Of a stretch of 64,000 bases of DNA, positions 59,342 to 64,000 are shown piece by piece (the first letter of the stretch is position 1; every line of letters starts with the position of its first letter). Source of the stretch: an uncultured Pelagibacteraceae bacterium (GTDB taxonomy: Bacteria > Pseudomonadota > Alphaproteobacteria > Pelagibacterales > AG-422-B15); NCBI GenBank assembly GCA_902578305.1, contig CACHCK010000003.1:105-64104 (forward strand), read 5' to 3'. The translations under genes were made by a program, and so were the position numbers. A model generated the notes under the pieces. It was given only the letters and a program-made list of their open reading frames with translations, searched no databases and was not told the DNA's origin.

Positions 59342-59463
59342 GTCTACTTTTTTCAATCGAATACTGGGCAAATTTCTGATATAATATTCTTAATTTTTAT
59401 AACAAAATCGTGCTTATTTTTCCTATTTTTTAGGGATTTTTAGCGATTCAATAGGTAATAGAA

Positions 59464-62169
59464 TTGACTGATTCCAAGGATCAAAATGAAGATCTTAAAA
59501 CAGGTAAAGAGCAATCTGTAATCCCCATATTAATCGATACAGAAATGCAAAATTCTTACCTCGATTACGCTATGAGCGTAATCGTTAGCAGGGCATTACC
59601 CGATGTTAGAGATGGACTAAAACCAGTTCATAGAAGAATTTTATATGCAATGCATGAGTCAGGCTATGAGTGGAATAAACAGCATAGAAAGAGTGCTCGA
59701 GTTGTCGGTGATGTTATTGGTAAATACCATCCGCATGGAGATCAAGCTGTTTATGATGCGTTGGTCAGACTTGCTCAAGACTTCTCAATGAGCGTACCAC
59801 TATTAGATGGTCAAGGTAATTTTGGATCAATGGACGGTGATAGGGCCGCTGCAATGAGATACACGGAAGTTAGAATGGCAAAAATTTCTAGTTTCCTTCT
59901 TGAAGATATAGAAAAAGAAACTGTCGACTTTAGACCTAATTATGATGAAACTGAAAGTGAGCCATCTGTTCTTCCTGCAAAATATCCAAACCTACTTGTC
60001 AACGGTGCAGGTGGTATAGCCGTTGGTATGGCGACTAACATTTTACCTCATAATTTAGGAGAGGTTATTGATGCTAGTATTGCTTACCTTAAAAATACCG
60101 ATGTAACTTTTGAGGAAATAAATCAAATTATAAAAGGCCCAGACTTTCCTACGGGTGGAACAATTATTGGCATAAAAGGCATAAAAGACTCACAGTCATC
60201 AGGAAGAGGCTCAATCATTGTTCAGGCAAAATCAAACATAGAGGAATTTAAAACAGATCGAGAGGCAATCGTATTTACCGAAGTACCTTACCAAGTTAAC
60301 AAATCATCTTTGCTTGAGAAAATAGCTGAACTTGTCAGAGATAAAAAAATTGATGGTATAAGTGATTTAAGAGATGAGTCTGATCGCCAAGGAGTGAGAG
60401 TTGTTGTTGAATTAAAAAAAGGGGTAATATCACAAGTTGTATTAAATAAATTATATAAATTTACTGCACTACAAAGTTCTTACGGTGTTAATTCATTGGC
60501 GTTGGTAAACGGAAAACCAAAATTAATGAATATAAAAGAATTCATTCACCATTTTATAGAATTCAGAAAAGAAATCATCAGAAACAGGACTCGTCATGAT
60601 CTAGGCAAAGCGAGAGATAGGGCCCATGTATTGATTGGCCTAGCAGTTGCTGTTGCTAATGTTGATCAAATAATAGAAATAATTAAAAGCTCCAAAGATC
60701 CTAATGAGGCAAGAACCTCGCTTCTTAAAACTAAGTGGCTAAGCAATGATATTGATGATTTGTTAAAGTTAGTTGATGACCCAAGGCAAATTAAAAATGA
60801 AAAAGAAATTTATTTAACAGACGAGCAGGCCAAAGCGATATTAGAGTTAAGATTGCAACGTTTGACTGCTCTAGGCAAAGATGAGATCAAGTCAGAATTA
60901 TCAGATCTTTCCAATCAAATAAACAAATTCCTCTCAATATTAAGGGATAGGGAGGTATTGAATGATGTAATAAATGTTGAGCTAAATGAAATTAAAAAGC
61001 AATTTGCAATACCAAGAAGAACAGAAATTAATGAAGGCGAGGCTACAGATATTGATCAAGAAGACCTAGTTCAAAGAAGTGATATGGTCGTAAGTGTAAC
61101 AAACTCAGGTTATATAAAAAGGGTTCCTTTAAATATGTACAGAGCACAGAAAAGAGGTGGCAAAGGAAGAGCGGGAATGAAAACCAATGAAGAAGATTTT
61201 GTAACTCAAGTTTTTACCTCAAGTACTCATGACAATATGTTGTTTTTCTCGTCTGGAGGAATAGCTTACAAACTTAAGACATGGAAGATTCCTGAGTCAT
61301 CACCTCAAGCTAAGGGCAAAGCAATAATCAATCTCTTAAATCTTAAAGACACTGAAAGTCTATCAAGTATCCTTGTGTTGCAAGAAAATAAACAATCAAA
61401 TGGAAATGAGTATTTAATATTTGCTACATCGGACGGTAGCGTCAGAAAAAATAGTTTAGAAGATTTCAAAAGGATTCAAGCAAATGGTAAAATTGCAATG
61501 AAACTAGATAATAATAATGCAATCGTAGGTGTAAAACTTTGTAGTGACGAAGACGATATTTTACTATCAACAAAACATGGAAAGTGTATTCGAACTCCTG
61601 TTTCAAAATTGAGAACAACTAAAAGTAGAAGTTCGGTGGGTGTAAGGGGCATCAGGCTAACAAAAGATGATAAAATTATTTCAATTTCTGTCATTTCTCA
61701 TACTGATGTATCGTCAGCAGAAGCAAAAGCTTACTTAAAAATGATTTCAAAGGAAAAAGGAATGCAAGAAGAAACCGAGAGTGACGATAATGATACTGAT
61801 AACTCTGTCTCTGACATTGAAATATCTAAGGATCGATATGATGAATTAAAAGCGAGAGAACAATTCATTTTAACCGTTACTGAAAATGGCTTTGGTAAAA
61901 GATCTTCTTCTTACCAGTTTAGAGTTTCTAATCGCGGAGGATCGGGCATTATGTGTATTGCGACATCAGATAGAAATGGCGATGTTCTAGCTTCTTTTCC
62001 AGTCAATAATGATGATGATATAATGCTGATAACTAAAACAGGTCAATTAATTCGCTGCCCGGTAAAAGATGTTCGCGTAGCTGGTAGAAATACGCAGGGA
62101 GTAAGTATATTTAAAACAACAAAAGAAGAAAAAGTTGTTTCTGCAAGCAGAGTTGAGCTAGATAGTTAA
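59464..62169 (+). CDS. gyrA: DNA gyrase subunit A
   Basis: [25 protein letters not shown], GyrA-box QKRGGKG; TTG start. Confidence 0.97.
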   Translation: MTDSKDQNEDLKTGKEQSVIPILIDTEMQNSYLDYAMSVIVSRALPDVRDGLKPVHRRILYAMHESGYEWNKQHRKSARVVGDVIGKYHPHGDQAVYDALVRLAQDFSMSVPLLDGQGNFGSMDGDRAAAMRYTEVRMAKISSFLLEDIEKETVDFRPNYDETESEPSVLPAKYPNLLVNGAGGIAVGMATNILPHNLGEVIDASIAYLKNTDVTFEEINQIIKGPDFPTGGTIIGIKGIKDSQSSGRGSIIVQAKSNIEEFKTDREAIVFTEVPYQVNKSSLLEKIAELVRDKKIDGISDLRDESDRQGVRVVVELKKGVISQVVLNKLYKFTALQSSYGVNSLALVNGKPKLMNIKEFIHHFIEFRKEIIRNRTRHDLGKARDRAHVLIGLAVAVANVDQIIEIIKSSKDPNEARTSLLKTKWLSNDIDDLLKLVDDPRQIKNEKEIYLTDEQAKAILELRLQRLTALGKDEIKSELSDLSNQINKFLSILRDREVLNDVINVELNEIKKQFAIPRRTEINEGEATDIDQEDLVQRSDMVVSVTNSGYIKRVPLNMYRAQKRGGKGRAGMKTNEEDFVTQVFTSSTHDNMLFFSSGGIAYKLKTWKIPESSPQAKGKAIINLLNLKDTESLSSILVLQENKQSNGNEYLIFATSDGSVRKNSLEDFKRIQANGKIAMKLDNNNAIVGVKLCSDEDDILLSTKHGKCIRTPVSKLRTTKSRSSVGVRGIRLTKDDKIISISVISHTDVSSAEAKAYLKMISKEKGMQEETESDDNDTDNSVSDIEISKDRYDELKAREQFILTVTENGFGKRSSSYQFRVSNRGGSGIMCIATSDRNGDVLASFPVNNDDDIMLITKTGQLIRCPVKDVRVAGRNTQGVSIFKTTKEEKVVSASRVELDS

Positions 62170-62212
62170 TTAATTACTAGAGGTCTTTAAATAATCATTA
62201 TATATTCCAAAC

Positions 62213-62692
62213 ATGAGTAGAACTGGCATATATCCTGGAAGCTTTGATCCCATTCATAAAGGGCACATTGATATTATCAATAGGGCTACAAAACTTGTTG
62301 ATAAATTATATATCGCAGTTGCTGACAGCCCGCATAAATCACCTTTATTTGATTTAGATGAAAGAAAAGAAATGATAGAAAATGAGTTTTCATCAAATGA
62401 TAAAATTGAAGTAATTGCATTTGATAATTTATTGATTGATTTAGCTAATTCGCTAGATGCAAAGATACTCATAAGAGGTCTTCGTGTAGTTTCGGATTTT
62501 GAATATGAGTTTCAGATGTTGGGTATGAATAGACAATTAGATAATAATATTGAAACAGTATTCTTGATGGCAGACGCTCAACGGCAATCAATTTCCTCTA
62601 ATTTTGTAAAAGAAATTGCACGTTTGGGAGGAAATATCAGTAATTTTACAAATAAGTTTGTTGAGCAAAAATTAAAAGATAAATTTAAATAA
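62213..62692 (+). CDS. coaD: Phosphopantetheine adenylyltransferase
   Basis: YPGSFDPIHKGH, RGLR, DFEYE, ISS. Confidence 0.96.
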   Translation: MSRTGIYPGSFDPIHKGHIDIINRATKLVDKLYIAVADSPHKSPLFDLDERKEMIENEFSSNDKIEVIAFDNLLIDLANSLDAKILIRGLRVVSDFEYEFQMLGMNRQLDNNIETVFLMADAQRQSISSNFVKEIARLGGNISNFTNKFVEQKLKDKFK

Positions 62693-62697
62693 ATAAA

Positions 62698-63249
62698 ATG
62701 AAATTAATAAGAACTTTAATCTTTGTATTTTCATTTTTTATAGCGTTAATCGCAGAAGGAGTTGTCATGGCAAATGATCCAGAAAATTCAATCCAAATAG
62801 AGCTGAAAGATGGTAATGTAATAATAGAATTACTACCTGATATTGCCCCAAATCACGTAAATAGAATTAAAGAACTTGCAAGAGAAGGCTTTTATGATGG
62901 AGTACCCTTTCACCGTGTTATAGAGGGCTTTATGGCTCAAACTGGTGATGGCGAAAATAGAAATGGAACAGGCGGATCAACCAAGCCTGATTTGAAAAAT
63001 GAATTTGGTGATACACCTCATCTTCGTGGAACAGTATCGATGGCAAGAACAGCCGACCCAGATTCAGCTAATAGTCAATTTTTTATATGTTTTGCCGAGG
63101 CTCCGCATCTAGACGGCCAGTATACTGTATTTGGTCAAGTAGTAGAAGGGATGGAGTTTGTTGACAAGATTAAACGAGGAGAGCCAGGCTCTGGAAGTGT
63201 AGATGACCCAGATGAAATGATAACTGTAAGGGTCATTTCAGATCTATAA
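62698..63249 (+). CDS. Cyclophilin-type peptidyl-prolyl cis-trans isomerase (possible signal peptide)
   Basis: FYDG..FHRVIEGFMAQTG, SMAR, ANSQFFI, HLDGQYTVFG. Confidence 0.95.
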   Translation: MKLIRTLIFVFSFFIALIAEGVVMANDPENSIQIELKDGNVIIELLPDIAPNHVNRIKELAREGFYDGVPFHRVIEGFMAQTGDGENRNGTGGSTKPDLKNEFGDTPHLRGTVSMARTADPDSANSQFFICFAEAPHLDGQYTVFGQVVEGMEFVDKIKRGEPGSGSVDDPDEMITVRVISDL

Positions 63250-63254
63250 TTTTC

Positions 63255-64000
63255 ATGAAATTAAGTCAATTTGACTTTGAACTACCAGATAATCTGATCG
63301 CGGAAAGACCATGTGAGCCTCGAGAAGAATCGAGGATGTTGGTTTATAAAAATGAGATATCTGATACGAACTTCAGTAAATTTATTGATTATGTTGGCCA
63401 TAATGACTTGGTTGTAATTAATAACACAAAAGTTATCCCTATTTTCCTTGAGGGATTTCACTCAAAAAAAAACATCAAGGTTACGCTTCATAAAAAACTA
63501 TCAAGCAATAAGTGGTTTGCATTTTTGAAACCTGCAAAGAATGTAAGTGAAAACAGTATAATCAGTTTCAATAATGAGATCTCTTGTACAATTAGAAAAA
63601 AATTAGATTATGGTGAGGTTGAATTAGAATTTAATTGTAGAGAGGAAGAACTTGATAATTATTTGAATCAATTTGGACTTATGCCGCTGCCACCATATAT
63701 TCAAAAAAAAAGGAAAAGTGATCAGAGGGATTTTACTGATTATCAAACTGTATATGCAAAAGAAAAAGGTTCTGTAGCAGCTCCTACTGCTGGTTTACAT
63801 TTTAATTATGAAATAATAAACAAACTGGTTGAGAGTGATCAATTAGTTGAGATTACTTTACATGTTGGGGCCGGTACGTTCTTACCTATAAGAAACGAGG
63901 ATGTTGATAATCATGTAATGCATTCTGAGTACGGTATAATTGATGAAAAAACTGCACTGAAAATTAATCAATGTAAGAAAAAAGGTGGAAAAATTATTGC
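63255..64000 (+). CDS. queA: S-adenosylmethionine:tRNA ribosyltransferase-isomerase (3'-truncated by window edge)
   Basis: Not in the ORF track; hand translation gives MKLSQFDFELPDNLIA..., NNTKVIP, MPLPPYI, DYQTVYA, GSVAAPTAGLHF, LHVGAGTF. Confidence 0.95.
   Translation, partial: MKLSQFDFELPDNLIAERPCEPREESRMLVYKNEISDTNFSKFIDYVGHNDLVVINNTKVIPIFLEGFHSKKNIKVTLHKKLSSNKWFAFLKPAKNVSENSIISFNNEISCTIRKKLDYGEVELEFNCREEELDNYLNQFGLMPLPPYIQKKRKSDQRDFTDYQTVYAKEKGSVAAPTAGLHFNYEIINKLVESDQLVEITLHVGAGTFLPIRNEDVDNHVMHSEYGIIDEKTALKINQCKKKGGKII

Noticed and set aside
376-62472. Many short ORFs in the track (e.g. 2517-3005, 4143-4430, 7709-7912, 22042-22311, 26971-27249, 54001-54318, 57989-58249)
   Set aside because: Antisense or off-frame shadows of well-supported genes, with no recognisable motifs
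1-64000. tRNA/rRNA genes, CRISPR arrays, prophage, IS elements, defence systems
   Set aside because: Intergenic gaps are tiny and AT-rich; no cloverleaf motifs, repeat-spacer periodicity or mobile/defence genes were recognised by eye

Overview
AT-rich, tightly packed window from a streamlined marine alphaproteobacterium (SAR11/HIMB59-like; taxonomy inferred from composition, aprMBA/xsc content and gene order). The left half (1-37 kb) is accessory and metabolic. It holds the 3' end of an RTX protein with a T1SS ATPase and HlyD adaptor, then a small APS-kinase-like plus HxGH nucleotidyltransferase pair convergent on an oxidative-type aprMBA operon with no sat. Next come an aromatic-catabolism cluster with a Tat sulfatase, fatty-acid beta-oxidation genes, an aminotransferase/GcvT-family dehydrogenase/xsc operon with ald, a core MetE-like gene, and a polyamine-type ABC transporter with a ureohydrolase. 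The right half is the conserved alphaproteobacterial backbone: xth, dgt, argS, mini-ftsN-like, nagZ, scpAB, tatABC, serS, surE, yajC-secDF, uvrA, ssb, gyrA, coaD, cyclophilin and a partial queA. An iron module is inserted between scpB and tatA (di-heme protein, Fur-box-like site, Fe3+ ABC transporter, peroxiredoxin preceded by a switch-like RNA hairpin). No rRNA, tRNA, CRISPR array or mobile element was recognised. All product calls come from motif reading, not database searches. The best candidates for undescribed systems are a sat-replacing or PAPS-forming mini module beside aprMBA, a putative N-methyltaurine pathway, a putative aryl-sulfate/halophenol pathway and the structured RNA in the iron operon.
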